A stretch of DNA of 64,000 nt, taken from positions 1,984,001 through 2,048,000 of the forward strand of contig OZ255842.1 in assembly GCA_965277805.1 (NCBI GenBank). Direction: 5' to 3'. Under the pieces are notes generated by a model. That model made no database searches. It saw only the letters and a list, made by a program, of their open reading frames with translations, and was not told the origin of the DNA. Numbering within the stretch: the first letter of the stretch is position 1; every line of letters starts with the position of its first letter. Below, piece after piece: positions 9,506 through 19,370 of this stretch. A program made the position numbers and the translations under genes. The DNA comes from Candidatus Lustribacter sp. (lineage in GTDB: Bacteria; Vulcanimicrobiota; Vulcanimicrobiia; Vulcanimicrobiales; Vulcanimicrobiaceae).

Positions 9506-9529
9506 AAAACGCGCTATGCACGCGCGTTT
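9506..9529 (-). terminator. Putative terminator after SDR gene
   Basis: Minus strand AAACGCGC-GTGCATA-GCGCGTTTT. Confidence 0.5.
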
Positions 9530-9569
9530 CGGCTTTGTCCGGTACCGAACACTAACATGGAACGCTTCG

Positions 9570-10313
9570 CTAGAGCAAGCGTCCGAGCGCGACAGCGTCG
9601 GCGCCGGCGGGGATGCGCATGGGCGATGATAGATCGGTGGCCGCGCGCCACACGGCTTCGGCCACGTCTTTCGGCCGCGTGAAAGACGCCGGCTCGGCCA
9701 TGCGCGCGAACAAGCCTTGCACGAGCGGGGCATAGGGTTCAGAGATGCTGTTTAGCATTCGCGGGCGCGCGTTTTCACCGAAGCGCGTTTCCGACGAACG
9801 GCCCGGCAGCACGAGGCGCACGCGAATGTTGAATTGCTCGAGTTCGAGCGCGAGCGACTCGGTGAACGCATTGATTGCGGCTTTGCTCGCCGTGTAGACG
9901 GATAGCAGCAGCAACGGGCGCAGCGTAACGGTGGACGAGACGTTGATGATGACGCCGCTCTTGCGTTCGCGGAATTGCGGCAGCACTGCTTGGGTGAGTG
10001 CGATCGTGCCGAAGGTGTTCGTTTCGAAGATTTCGCGGATCGCATCCATCGGCGTAGATTCGAGCGGGCTGATCAATCCGATGCCGGCGTTGTTGACGAG
10101 GACGTCGATCGGCCCGGCAGCTTCAAGGGTTTGCCGGATGCTCTCCGGATCGGTCACGTCGAGCGGAAGCACGCGCAGACACGGCGAGGGCGGCAACACG
10201 TCTTCGCGCGGGGTGCGCATCGTTGCGATGACGTGCCAGTCGCGTTCGAGGAAGTAGCGTGCGGTTTCGAGGCCATAGCCGGATGAGGCGCCGGTGATCA
10301 AGACGGAATTCAT
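9570..10313 (-). CDS. Short-chain dehydrogenase/reductase
   Basis: TGASSGYG, VNNAG, YTASK; start MNSVLITG at 10313. Confidence 0.93.
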   Translation of the reverse strand: MNSVLITGASSGYGLETARYFLERDWHVIATMRTPREDVLPPSPCLRVLPLDVTDPESIRQTLEAAGPIDVLVNNAGIGLISPLESTPMDAIREIFETNTFGTIALTQAVLPQFRERKSGVIINVSSTVTLRPLLLLSVYTASKAAINAFTESLALELEQFNIRVRLVLPGRSSETRFGENARPRMLNSISEPYAPLVQGLFARMAEPASFTRPKDVAEAVWRAATDLSSPMRIPAGADAVALGRLL

Positions 10314-10386
10314 GGAGCTAGCATAGCGTCCGCGGATCGTACCTGCTACAATGAATAGTACGTATTTCGTTGTAGGGAGTCCACGC

Positions 10387-11286
10387 ATGGTCGATCCGCT
10401 AGCCGAGGTCGTTGGGTTGTTGCAGCCCGGTACGCCATTTTCCAAATTGATCGGCGCCGCGGGCCGCTGGCAGGTTCGGCGCTCGGAATACGGGCAGCCG
10501 TTCTACGGCCTGGCGCTCGAGGGGTCGTGCCGTCTCGCCATCGATGGCGCCGAGCCGATGATCCTCGAAGCCGGCGATTTCGTGTTGATTCCCTCAGCCG
10601 ATAGCTTCACGATGTCGAGCCTCGAGCCGCCGGACGTAGTCGAGCGTCCCGTGACGTTGGCCGATGGTGCGATCCGGCTCGGCGACCCGAACGGCCCACC
10701 GGAAATGCGCGCGCTGGTCGGCTACTGCGATTTTGCTTCGCCGGATGCGGCATTGCTCGTGTCGTTGCTTCCGCGGCTCGTGCACGTGCGCGGCGAGAAA
10801 CGGCTCGCGACGTTGGTGGAACTCGTGCGCGAAGAATCGCGCAATCAGCTACCGGCGCGCGACGTCGTTTTGGCGCGGCTGTTGGAAGTGCTGCTGATCG
10901 AAGCGTTGCGCTCCACCGCGGGCACGACGGCGTCGCCGGGACTCGTGCGCGGGTTGGCGGACGAGCGGCTCGCGGTTGCGATCCGGCGCATGCACGAAGA
11001 ACCGACGAAAGCATGGACGGTCGCGCAGCTCGCAAAGGAAGCTGCGCTCTCGCGTTCCGGCTTCTTCGTGCGCTTCAACCGTGCCGTCGGCCTCGCGCCG
11101 ATGGAGTATATGCTCGCGTGGCGCATGGCACTGGCGAAGAAGTTGCTGCGCCAAAACGAAAGCGCCGTCGCCGACGTCGCCGAACGCGTCGGCTATAGCT
11201 CCGCCAGCACGTTCAGCGTCGCGTTCACGCGTTATGTCGGACTACCGCCCGCGCGTTACGCGCGGGCGGCGAGTTCTAGCTCGTAG
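10387..11286 (+). CDS. AraC-family regulator with cupin domain
   Basis: MVDPLAEV start; WTVAQLAKEAALSRS..F, VAERVGYSSASTFSVAF; divergent from SDR. Confidence 0.93.
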   Translation: MVDPLAEVVGLLQPGTPFSKLIGAAGRWQVRRSEYGQPFYGLALEGSCRLAIDGAEPMILEAGDFVLIPSADSFTMSSLEPPDVVERPVTLADGAIRLGDPNGPPEMRALVGYCDFASPDAALLVSLLPRLVHVRGEKRLATLVELVREESRNQLPARDVVLARLLEVLLIEALRSTAGTTASPGLVRGLADERLAVAIRRMHEEPTKAWTVAQLAKEAALSRSGFFVRFNRAVGLAPMEYMLAWRMALAKKLLRQNESAVADVAERVGYSSASTFSVAFTRYVGLPPARYARAASSSS

Positions 11287-11289
11287 CGA

Positions 11290-11532
11290 TTAGCGGTGGC
11301 AGATCCAGTGGCCGGGGATCCACACCCAGTGATTTCCGCGCGCCACGTAGTGACCGCGGCCCCATACGCAATCGTGGCGTGGCGGACGGCCGTAGACCTC
11401 GTGCCGCGGCGGCGGCTGCGGTCCGAGATGGATGTTGATACCCATCTGCGCAGATCCCGGGTTAGCAGCGGCGCCAACGAGGCAGCCGGCAAGGCCAACC
11501 GACCAGACGATCTTCTTCAACCAGGTTTTCAT
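11290..11532 (-). CDS. Small secreted YXWGXW-repeat protein
   Basis: Signal peptide MKTWLKKIVWSVGLAG; PPPRHEV..VWGRGHY..WVWIPGHW. Confidence 0.75.
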   Translation of the reverse strand: MKTWLKKIVWSVGLAGCLVGAAANPGSAQMGINIHLGPQPPPRHEVYGRPPRHDCVWGRGHYVARGNHWVWIPGHWICHR

Positions 11533-11561
11533 GCGCTCGCTTTTCCCGCTCGCGCGAGCCG

Positions 11562-12329
11562 CTAAACCAAGTGCTCGGCTAGAAAGACGGACGCGCGCGC
11601 ATTGGCCACACGGGTCGCGTAGGGATTGTAGCCGCGGGCGGGCGGATCGTCGATGAAGCCGTGACCGGCGTCGTGCACCATGTAGGCGAAGTATTTGCCG
11701 GCCGCCTGCATGGCGAGCGCGAACTCGTAAATGCCGCTCGTGATTTTGCGATCCGTCACACCGTAATGCCCTTCGAGCGGCGCGCGAATTTTCGGGACGT
11801 CGCTTAGGGCCGGACTCGAGCCGTAATACATGACCCCGGCCGCGAGGTCGACGCCGCGTACGGCAAGCTCGCCGACGAGCTGTCCACCCATGCAATAGCC
11901 GATGGCGCCGATCCGCGTCACGTCGTTGCGCGATCGCAGATAGTCGAACGCACCATGGACGCCGTCAACGTAGTGCGCTTTGGAACGATTGGTCATCCAC
12001 TCGCGTGCGGCGCGCACGCCCGTGCGGCGCGGTTCCGGAATCTTCGCCATGCGCTCTTCCCAGTCGGGCTCGAGCGGCGATCCGTGCGCGAGAACGATAT
12101 TGGCAACGTCGATTCTTTGGAAGGCCGCATCGTTCGTGTAGAGGTCCGGCGCCAGCGTCAAGTAGCCGTCCGCGGCGTAACCGCGTACGATCCGCTCCAT
12201 TTGCGCCATGACGCCCGCGACCGGGTGACACACGATCAACGCCGGCCACGGCGGCGGCGTCGCCGGCTGCACGAGAAAGCCGCGGATCGCACCGCCGGCC
12301 GCATCGAAGCGAGCCCACTCCTCCGTCAT
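11562..12329 (-). CDS. Dienelactone hydrolase family protein
   Basis: GYCMGG nucleophile motif, APDLY, AGHGF. Confidence 0.9.
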   Translation of the reverse strand: MTEEWARFDAAGGAIRGFLVQPATPPPWPALIVCHPVAGVMAQMERIVRGYAADGYLTLAPDLYTNDAAFQRIDVANIVLAHGSPLEPDWEERMAKIPEPRRTGVRAAREWMTNRSKAHYVDGVHGAFDYLRSRNDVTRIGAIGYCMGGQLVGELAVRGVDLAAGVMYYGSSPALSDVPKIRAPLEGHYGVTDRKITSGIYEFALAMQAAGKYFAYMVHDAGHGFIDDPPARGYNPYATRVANARASVFLAEHLV

Positions 12330-13069
12330 CCGGCGAGCTTTGCGTCGAGCAGTCCGAACAACGCCTTCCAGTGACGTTCGGCGGCGGCTTCGTCGTAGAC
12401 GGGCAAGTCGGGCACGGCGAAACCATGCTTTGCGGGATACGTTTCGATCAGGTGGTCGACGCCGGCATCGGTGAGCGTCCTCTCAAGCAGTGCCTTCTGT
12501 TCGTCGGTGAACGATGGATCCTCGATGGCACCCGCGACGTACACGCGGCCGCCGACGCCTGCGAGGAACAAATGCGGGCTATCGGGCTTGTCGGTTGCCA
12601 AGCCGCCGCCGTGAAACGATGCGACCGCGGCAAATTCGTCTGGGAAGGCGCCGGCTGCGGTCAATGCGACGTTGCCGCCGAGGCAATATCCGGTCGCGCC
12701 GAAACGGTCGCCTTTGACGTCGGGACGCGCGTCGAGATATTCCAGGAACGCTTCCGCGTCGGCGACTTTCTTATCGTGATCGAGGCTCGACACCATTTTC
12801 ATCATCTCGGCGCGCGCGTCGGGATTCGTGAAAACTTCCGCCGGATTCTTCGGGGCATACGGTCCGGACCGGTAGTAGAGATCGGGCAATACGACGAGAT
12901 AACCGCCGTCTGCCAGCCGCTGTCCCATGTCCCACAGGGTTGGCCGGATACCCGGGCCGTCCATGAAAAAGATGACGCCCGGCCAGGGGCCCTTGCCTTC
13001 GGACGGCGTGAAGACCGAGGCGGGAGCATTCCCGTCGTGTGTTTTTATCGTGACTGCGGTTCGAGACAT
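12326..13069 (-). CDS. Dienelactone hydrolase family protein
   Basis: GYCLGG, SFHGG, AKHGFAVPD; ATGA overlap with next gene. Confidence 0.92.
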   Translation of the reverse strand: MSRTAVTIKTHDGNAPASVFTPSEGKGPWPGVIFFMDGPGIRPTLWDMGQRLADGGYLVVLPDLYYRSGPYAPKNPAEVFTNPDARAEMMKMVSSLDHDKKVADAEAFLEYLDARPDVKGDRFGATGYCLGGNVALTAAGAFPDEFAAVASFHGGGLATDKPDSPHLFLAGVGGRVYVAGAIEDPSFTDEQKALLERTLTDAGVDHLIETYPAKHGFAVPDLPVYDEAAAERHWKALFGLLDAKLAG

Positions 13070-13204
13070 ACGCGCTCCTCATTAGACTGTCGCGATTTAT
13101 TCGCCGTTCCGGCCGACGCTCGCCTTGCATGTCGTTGCTGTGATATCACGCAGTCTTTACCTTTTTTCACAGGTGTATGCCAGCTAGACCCTAACGGCCC
13201 GGCG

Positions 13205-14152
13205 ATGCGTTTGTCTCCGAAGATAACCGCGCTCTTATTGAGTGCGGCGATCGTGTTTACTCTTGTCCCGGACAGTACCGGCGCGGCGGGCGAAAAACAA
13301 ATCCGCCGCGTCCGCGGGACGATCGGGTATCAGACTGCGGCAATGGCAGGCTTCGCGCCGGTGTTCGGACGCATGGATTTGCCCGACGACGCGTTTGCGA
13401 TCACGCAAGCGAAATCGACGGCGGAGCTGGTCATGCCGGATTCGTCGATCGTTGCGCTCGGCGAGAACACGCACGTGCAAGTCGGTGCGTTCGACAACGC
13501 GGCGAACGGACCGGGCGCGACCCTGATCGTCAACAACGGCGCGCTGCGCTTCGACGTGCGGCGTCCGGTGGGCGGCCGCGCGAACTATCGCTTCGTTACC
13601 GCGACCTCGCAAATCGCGGTACGCGGCACGATCGGACTGCTTTCGTTCGTCGGCGGGAACACGACCGTGACGTGCGTCGTGTGCGCGGCCGATAGCGTGT
13701 CGGTCACCGTGGGCACGCAAACGTTTACGCTCGCGACGGGACAAGTGCTCACGGTCGGCGTGACCGGCGCGGTGACGACCGCGCCCGCGACAGCGGCGAC
13801 GCTGCAAACGTTCATCGATGCGGGATTGAACCCGACCGCGACCGGTCCGGCCACGACCGGCGCCGGCGGTGGCGCCGGGACGGGCTTGGCTATTGCGGCC
13901 GGCACCGCGGCCGTTGTTGCGGGCGTCGTGATCGCAAATAACAGCGGCTCACCTGCGTCGTCGACAACGTCATCACCGGTGCCCGGCGCTTCGCCGACCG
14001 CGAGCCCCTCGCCGCGTCCGACGGCGACGCCGACGCCGGTCGTGACGCCGGCACCGACGGCCGCGCCGACCGCTACGGGATTGCCCGGCAACGTGAACGT
14101 AACCGGAACGCGCCGCGCTCTGCCCGCGGCTACGCCGAGGAGCGTCCGATGA
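13205..14152 (+). CDS. Exported FecR-domain protein with C-terminal hydrophobic segment and Pro/Thr tail
   Basis: Signal MRLSPKITALLLS; AELVMPDSSIVALGENT, FVTATSQIAVRGT (FecR core). Confidence 0.8.
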   Translation: MRLSPKITALLLSAAIVFTLVPDSTGAAGEKQIRRVRGTIGYQTAAMAGFAPVFGRMDLPDDAFAITQAKSTAELVMPDSSIVALGENTHVQVGAFDNAANGPGATLIVNNGALRFDVRRPVGGRANYRFVTATSQIAVRGTIGLLSFVGGNTTVTCVVCAADSVSVTVGTQTFTLATGQVLTVGVTGAVTTAPATAATLQTFIDAGLNPTATGPATTGAGGGAGTGLAIAAGTAAVVAGVVIANNSGSPASSTTSSPVPGASPTASPSPRPTATPTPVVTPAPTAAPTATGLPGNVNVTGTRRALPAATPRSVR

Positions 14153-15945
14153 AACAGTTGCTCCTTGCGGGCGCGTTTGCATCGGCCGTCGCCATTGCTG
14201 CATGTTCGAGCGGCGGCGGCGGTTCTTCCAATGGTGCGCCCGTGCTGCCGGTCTCGGGCTCGGCCGTTCCCACCGCGGGTCCGCTCAGCGGCACGCGCGG
14301 CACGATCAGCCTCGTCATTCCAACTGCGAAGAGTTCTTCAGCGTCCGTACGCCGTGCACAGTTCGTTTCTTCTGCCGCGTTGTCGGCCGTCGTGACGGTC
14401 AACGGCGGGGTGAACGCGAGCTACGACATCAGCGGAACGTCAACATATTGCACGCCCGTTTCGGGTGGACGCGCATGCACGCTACCGATATCCGTGCCGT
14501 TGGGAACGACGTCGGCGACCGTGAGCCTGCAACTCTGGGACCACGCGGGCGGGACCGGGACGATGCTCGGCTCAGGTTCGGGCAACACGACGATCGCGAA
14601 TAACGCAACGTCGTTTACCGTTGCCGTCGACGTCAGCCCGGTCGTTGCAGGCGTCACGCTTAGTCTTCTCTTCCCATCGACAGGTTTGCCGCGCATCTCG
14701 ATCAGTCACGTGCAAACCGGCACGAATGCCGGCGTGATGACGATGACGTTCACTGATCCCGACGGCGTGGTGATTCCGTCCACCAGCACGTCGCCGTTTC
14801 TCGTCCCGGTCACGCTGAACGTGGCCGATCCGTCGGGCACCGTGTCGCTCACGCAAACGACGATCACCAATGCCACACAAAGCACCACGGTTTCGTACAC
14901 CGGCGGGTCGACGCTCGGCTCGAGCGTCACGTTCAACGCCCTTACGGGGACGACGCCGGTCGGCACGCTCGTCTCGAAAACATCCGGATATCAAACGAAC
15001 TTCTATCTCGGGTTGACGGGGACGTCGTTCTCAAAACAGCCCGACGAAATCACCGTTGGTTCCGACGGCAATCTGTGGTTCGCCGAATCGCACAACTGGG
15101 CTATCGGCAAGATGGACACGAGCGGCAATCTGCTCGGCGAATTCAACGTGCCCAATGCCGGCAGCAGCCCGGGCCCGCTCGCGATTACGGCCGGCCCCGT
15201 GAGTGACCCGCACGTTTGGTACACGGAACCGTTCGAAAACGGCGGCGGCCTCGGCGATTACTCGAACGTCGCCGTTCCGTCGGGCGTCGCGCCGGGATCC
15301 GCGTTCTTCACCGGCAACGCGAACAGTCAGCCGGTGGGAATTCGCTCGCTGGGCAGCAACATCTGGATGTCGCTGCAGGGCACGAGCCAGCTCTTCATCT
15401 TCGATACGACCGGCGCGCAAGTTGCCGGCAGTCCTGTCGCGCTTGCCGGCGGAACCGGGCCGAACGGCTTGGCTGTCGGCTCGGACGGGAATATGTACGT
15501 GACGGGCTATTTCACCAACAACATCTTGGCGTTCAGCCCGACGGCGCCGTTCACGCAAGTGGTGAACAAGACGATCCCGACGGCCGGCTCGTCTCCAATC
15601 GAACTCGACTCGGGTCCGGACGGCGCGATTTGGTTCACCGAGCAAATCGGCGGCAAAATCGGCCGCTTGCCGATCGGCGGCTCGATCGCTGAAGTTGCGT
15701 TGCCCGCAAACTACGGCGATCCGTGGGAGATCGTGAACGGCTCGGACGGCGGCATTTGGTTCACCGCCTACAACAACGTAACGAACTTCGGCCAAATCAT
15801 ACGCATCGATCCGGCCACGCACGCGTTCGTCGCCTATCAGTTGCAAACCACGCCGCAGACGTCGTACGGTCTCGTCTCTGGACCGGACGGCAACCTGTGG
15901 GCAACGGACTTCGTCGGGAGCTCGATCATTCGCATCCAGCCGTAG
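14149..15945 (+). CDS. Lipoprotein with C-terminal Vgb (virginiamycin B lyase)-like beta-propeller
   Basis: Lipobox AIAAC at Cys19; repeats GSDGNLWF, GSDGNMYV, GPDGAIWF, GSDGGIWF, GPDGNLW. Confidence 0.85.
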   Translation: MKQLLLAGAFASAVAIAACSSGGGGSSNGAPVLPVSGSAVPTAGPLSGTRGTISLVIPTAKSSSASVRRAQFVSSAALSAVVTVNGGVNASYDISGTSTYCTPVSGGRACTLPISVPLGTTSATVSLQLWDHAGGTGTMLGSGSGNTTIANNATSFTVAVDVSPVVAGVTLSLLFPSTGLPRISISHVQTGTNAGVMTMTFTDPDGVVIPSTSTSPFLVPVTLNVADPSGTVSLTQTTITNATQSTTVSYTGGSTLGSSVTFNALTGTTPVGTLVSKTSGYQTNFYLGLTGTSFSKQPDEITVGSDGNLWFAESHNWAIGKMDTSGNLLGEFNVPNAGSSPGPLAITAGPVSDPHVWYTEPFENGGGLGDYSNVAVPSGVAPGSAFFTGNANSQPVGIRSLGSNIWMSLQGTSQLFIFDTTGAQVAGSPVALAGGTGPNGLAVGSDGNMYVTGYFTNNILAFSPTAPFTQVVNKTIPTAGSSPIELDSGPDGAIWFTEQIGGKIGRLPIGGSIAEVALPANYGDPWEIVNGSDGGIWFTAYNNVTNFGQIIRIDPATHAFVAYQLQTTPQTSYGLVSGPDGNLWATDFVGSSIIRIQP

Positions 15946-16000
15946 TTCAGGGGCCGCGGCGGCAGCAGGCAGAATCGCGGGCGGTTGCGGATACCCCGCG

Positions 16001-16981
16001 ATGATGCTTTCTCGAGCCATTCGTATCGCCGCGGCGTGTTCGATCGCGGTGCTCACCGCGGGCATGCTGCGGACGCCGCTGCGGGCGGCGGATCTCGTGA
16101 CGATCCGCGTCGCGGTCTCGCCGTCGGACGACGACACGGCGCCGCTGCTCTACGCCAAGGCCACCGGCATGTTCGAGCGCGCGGGTCTCGACGTGCAGAT
16201 TCAGCGGCTCGGGAGCGGTTCTGCGATCGCGAGCGCCGTGACGGGCGGCGCGATCGACATCGGCAAGTCGAGCATCATTTCGCTGCTCGCCGCCCATCAG
16301 CACGGCATTCCGTACTCGATCGTCGGAACGTGCGCGCTCTACAGCAGCAACGTACCGTTCGAGGGCCTCGTCGTCGCGAAGGACTCGACGATCACGACAG
16401 GCGCCGATCTGAACGGCAAGACCGTCTCCACGCAATCGCTCAACGACATCGGCCAGTTAGCGGAAGAGGCATGGGTCGATCAGCACGGCGGCGATTCGAA
16501 GACGCTGCACGTGACGGAGATTCCCACCTCGGCCGCCCAGCCCGCGGTGGAATCGCATCGGGTCGACGCCGCCATTCTGCTCGAACCGGTATTGAGCACC
16601 GCGCTGGCAGCCGGCAAGCTACGGCTGCTCGGTCACGCGTTTGGTTCGATCGCGCCGGCGTTTTTGTTCTCGGCCTGGTTCACGACCAACGACTATGCGG
16701 CCCAGCACGTCGATGCGATCCGCAAATTCGTCACCGTCATCTATCAAGCCGGTGCTTACACGAACACGCATCATAAGGATGCAGCACCGATCGTAGCAGC
16801 GCAAATCAAAATGCCGGTCGACGCCGTCCAAAATGCCGAGTGGTCAGCCGCCGGAACATCGATCGACCCGAATCTGATTCAGCCGGTGATCGACACCGCC
16901 GCCAAATACGGTACGATCTCGAAAACGTTCTCGTACCGCGACATGATCAACCCGGCATTTCTGACCCTGAAGGCACGCTAG
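16001..16981 (+). CDS. ABC substrate-binding protein, NMT1/SsuA type (orphan)
   Basis: Signal peptide; GMFERAGLDV, GGAIDIG, ADLNGKTV. Confidence 0.87.
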   Translation: MMLSRAIRIAAACSIAVLTAGMLRTPLRAADLVTIRVAVSPSDDDTAPLLYAKATGMFERAGLDVQIQRLGSGSAIASAVTGGAIDIGKSSIISLLAAHQHGIPYSIVGTCALYSSNVPFEGLVVAKDSTITTGADLNGKTVSTQSLNDIGQLAEEAWVDQHGGDSKTLHVTEIPTSAAQPAVESHRVDAAILLEPVLSTALAAGKLRLLGHAFGSIAPAFLFSAWFTTNDYAAQHVDAIRKFVTVIYQAGAYTNTHHKDAAPIVAAQIKMPVDAVQNAEWSAAGTSIDPNLIQPVIDTAAKYGTISKTFSYRDMINPAFLTLKAR

Positions 16982-17550
16982 ACGGATTCGAGTTGGGCGG
17001 TCTCGGCTTCGATCGGGTCGGCTTGGGCGTCGAACGCGGCGCGCTTCGACTTCGCCGCGGCGTCGGCGAGCGGCTGCGACGCCGGTGGCGTTTGGATCGC
17101 GGCGGCCGTGCGCGCAAGCGTTAGCTGATCGATGCCCTTCTTCACCGAGCCGAGCGCGGTCGTGAGGCGGTTGTCTAGATCGAACAGGACTTGCGCCGCG
17201 TAGGCGTCCGCGCCTTCGCGAATGCGTTGCGCGCGCACTTCGGCTTCGCGCAGCACGGTCTCGGCGGTGATGCGCGCGCGGTTGACGATCTCGTGATCGT
17301 CGACCATTGCGGCATGCGCTTCGGAGGCGTCGCTGACGATCGCCTGCGCGCGTTCCTGAGCCTCACGCAACACGCGGTCTTTGTCTTTCGCGATCAGCTT
17401 GGCCTGACCGACTTCCGCCGGCAGCGTCGAGCGGATCTTCTCGATGAACTCGAAGAGCCGCTCTTCGGAAAGCACGCGCCGTTTCAGCGGCAACACCGTG
17501 CCCTGACGCACGTAGGCCTCGAGTTTGTCCAACACGCGATAGATGCTCAC
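16978..17550 (-). CDS. Coiled-coil protein, SepIVA/DivIVA-like, conserved downstream of coaD
   Basis: IYRVLDKLE..LPAEVGQA..IREGADAYA; position after coaD. Confidence 0.7.
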   Translation of the reverse strand: MSIYRVLDKLEAYVRQGTVLPLKRRVLSEERLFEFIEKIRSTLPAEVGQAKLIAKDKDRVLREAQERAQAIVSDASEAHAAMVDDHEIVNRARITAETVLREAEVRAQRIREGADAYAAQVLFDLDNRLTTALGSVKKGIDQLTLARTAAAIQTPPASQPLADAAAKSKRAAFDAQADPIEAETAQLESV

Positions 17551-18086
17551 GATGGGTGTTTCTCCTCGGATGGTTCGGTGGTTCGCTGGGAAGCGCGCTT
17601 GGCGCGCATGACGTGCAGTACGGCTGCCGGAACGTATTGATCGATCTCCCCGCCCAGGGAGAAGACTTCTTTGACCAGGCTCGATGACACGAACGAATAC
17701 ATCGGGTCGCTCGGCACGAACATCGTGTCGATCCCGCTCAGCGAACGGTTCATCAGCGCGGTCGACATCTCGTTTTCAAAATCGGAGATGACGCGCAAGC
17801 CCTTGACGATGACGCCCGCGCCGGTGGCCTTCGCAAAGTCGGCCAGCAAGCCGCGGAAATCCCGCACTTCGACGTTAGGGAGATGCTTCGTCGCCGCAAC
17901 GATCATTTGCTTCCGCTCTTCGAGCGTGAACAGCGGTTCGCGCTTCTGCGGATTGACGACGACCGCAACGAGCACGCGCGGAAACACCGCGGCGGCGCGT
18001 TCGATCACGAAGAGATGGCCGAGCGTCAGCGGATCGAACGAGCCCGGGTAGATCGCGCTCGGCGAGGCGTGCGGTTGTCCGTTCAC
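17547..18086 (-). CDS. coaD: Pantetheine-phosphate adenylyltransferase
   Basis: YPGSFDPLTLGH, KGLRVISDFENE, VSSSLVKEV. Confidence 0.97.
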   Translation of the reverse strand: MNGQPHASPSAIYPGSFDPLTLGHLFVIERAAAVFPRVLVAVVVNPQKREPLFTLEERKQMIVAATKHLPNVEVRDFRGLLADFAKATGAGVIVKGLRVISDFENEMSTALMNRSLSGIDTMFVPSDPMYSFVSSSLVKEVFSLGGEIDQYVPAAVLHVMRAKRASQRTTEPSEEKHPS

Positions 18087-18637
18087 GCCGGCTCCGGTTG
18101 CAGGAAAGCGAGCGCAACTTCACCGTATGCGGCCTCGCGTTGCACGGCGAACGCCGGATCGGCCGGCGCCGGTTCGCGCGAGCTGTGTTCGTAGACGACG
18201 AGCGAGCGTTCGTCGATCGCGCCGCGCTCGCGCAACACAGCGAACGCCGCCGCGGGATACGCTTGCGCGTAGGGCGGGTCGGCGAACACGAGGTCGTAGC
18301 GGCCCGCGACCATGCGCGCGGCGCGCTCCGCCGACATCGCGAGCACGGTGGTGCGGTCGGTGAGCCCGAGTTCGTGCGCCGCGCCGCGCAACGCATCGGC
18401 CGTGGGGCGGTGCTGCTCGACGAACGTCGCGTGCGCGGCGCCGCGCGAGAGCGCCTCGAAACCGAGTGCGCCCGTACCTGCGAAGAGGTCGAGGACGTTC
18501 GCGTTCCTGACCCGATCGGCGAGGATCGAGAACAACGCCTCTTTGACGCGGGCGGGAGTGGGGCGGACCGCGCGTCCGGACGGTGTCCTCACGCTTCTGC
18601 TACGAAGCGTCCCTCCGGTGAGTCTCAGCGTACCCAT
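18083..18637 (-). CDS. rsmD: 16S rRNA (guanine966-N2)-methyltransferase
   Basis: RPTPARVKEALF, LDLFAGTGALGFEALSRGA, FADPPY. Confidence 0.96.
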   Translation of the reverse strand: MGTLRLTGGTLRSRSVRTPSGRAVRPTPARVKEALFSILADRVRNANVLDLFAGTGALGFEALSRGAAHATFVEQHRPTADALRGAAHELGLTDRTTVLAMSAERAARMVAGRYDLVFADPPYAQAYPAAAFAVLRERGAIDERSLVVYEHSSREPAPADPAFAVQREAAYGEVALAFLQPEPA

Positions 18638-18668
18638 TTGGATGGACCGTTATCTTCGCCATAATGTC

Positions 18669-19370
18669 TCACGCACCTCGAACGATGCCGGCCAGCGCGT
18701 CAAGATGTTCGATCTGCGCGGTCGGCTCCGCCAGCTCCGCCGGGTACGCGTCACCGCCGCGATTCAGCCACACCGCGCGCAATCCGTATGCGCGCGCTCC
18801 GGCGATATCGGCAATTGGATTGTCACCCACGTACCAGAGCTCTGCGGGCGTGACGCCGAGCGCCTCTTCCAGCTGACGGAACGCTTCCGCTGACGGTTTG
18901 TATGCACCGAGGAGATCGCTCACCAAGACCGGCCCGGGAAACACGCCGAGTGCGTGCTCGATCTTCCGTTCCTGCAATTCCGACCAGCCGTTGGTGAGGA
19001 TGGCGACCGGAATACCATCGGCAACGAGCGCGCGGATGCACTCGACCGCGCCCGGCACCGGCACGACCATTTCCGCGACGAGGTCGTAGCAGATCTGGCG
19101 ATAACGGCCTGCCAGCTCCTCACCGTCGACCTGTGTCGCCGCGCAGTTGCTGAGGAACTTTGCCGCGAAGCGCACCATCATTGCGGCCATCGATTCTTGC
19201 GCCGTGCGGAACGGCACGAGCAGCGCCTCGACGGCGTCGTACGTCGGCGCTTGTTCGATGTCGAGCAGTGAACCAAACTGCGCGGCGAGCACGCCGAACG
19301 CGTGCCGTTCGAGGTGGTTATCCATCCCGAGCGTATGATCGAAGTCGAAACCGACCGCGGTCTTCTTCAC
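18669..19370 (-). CDS. HAD-superfamily hydrolase
   Basis: FDFDHTL, ILTNG, KP, YVGDNPIADIAGA. Confidence 0.9.
   Translation of the reverse strand: MKKTAVGFDFDHTLGMDNHLERHAFGVLAAQFGSLLDIEQAPTYDAVEALLVPFRTAQESMAAMMVRFAAKFLSNCAATQVDGEELAGRYRQICYDLVAEMVVPVPGAVECIRALVADGIPVAILTNGWSELQERKIEHALGVFPGPVLVSDLLGAYKPSAEAFRQLEEALGVTPAELWYVGDNPIADIAGARAYGLRAVWLNRGGDAYPAELAEPTAQIEHLDALAGIVRGA

Noticed and set aside
12371..13204. Apparent long N-terminus of the FecR ORF
   Set aside because: Antisense to the dienelactone hydrolase; the signal peptide starts at 13205
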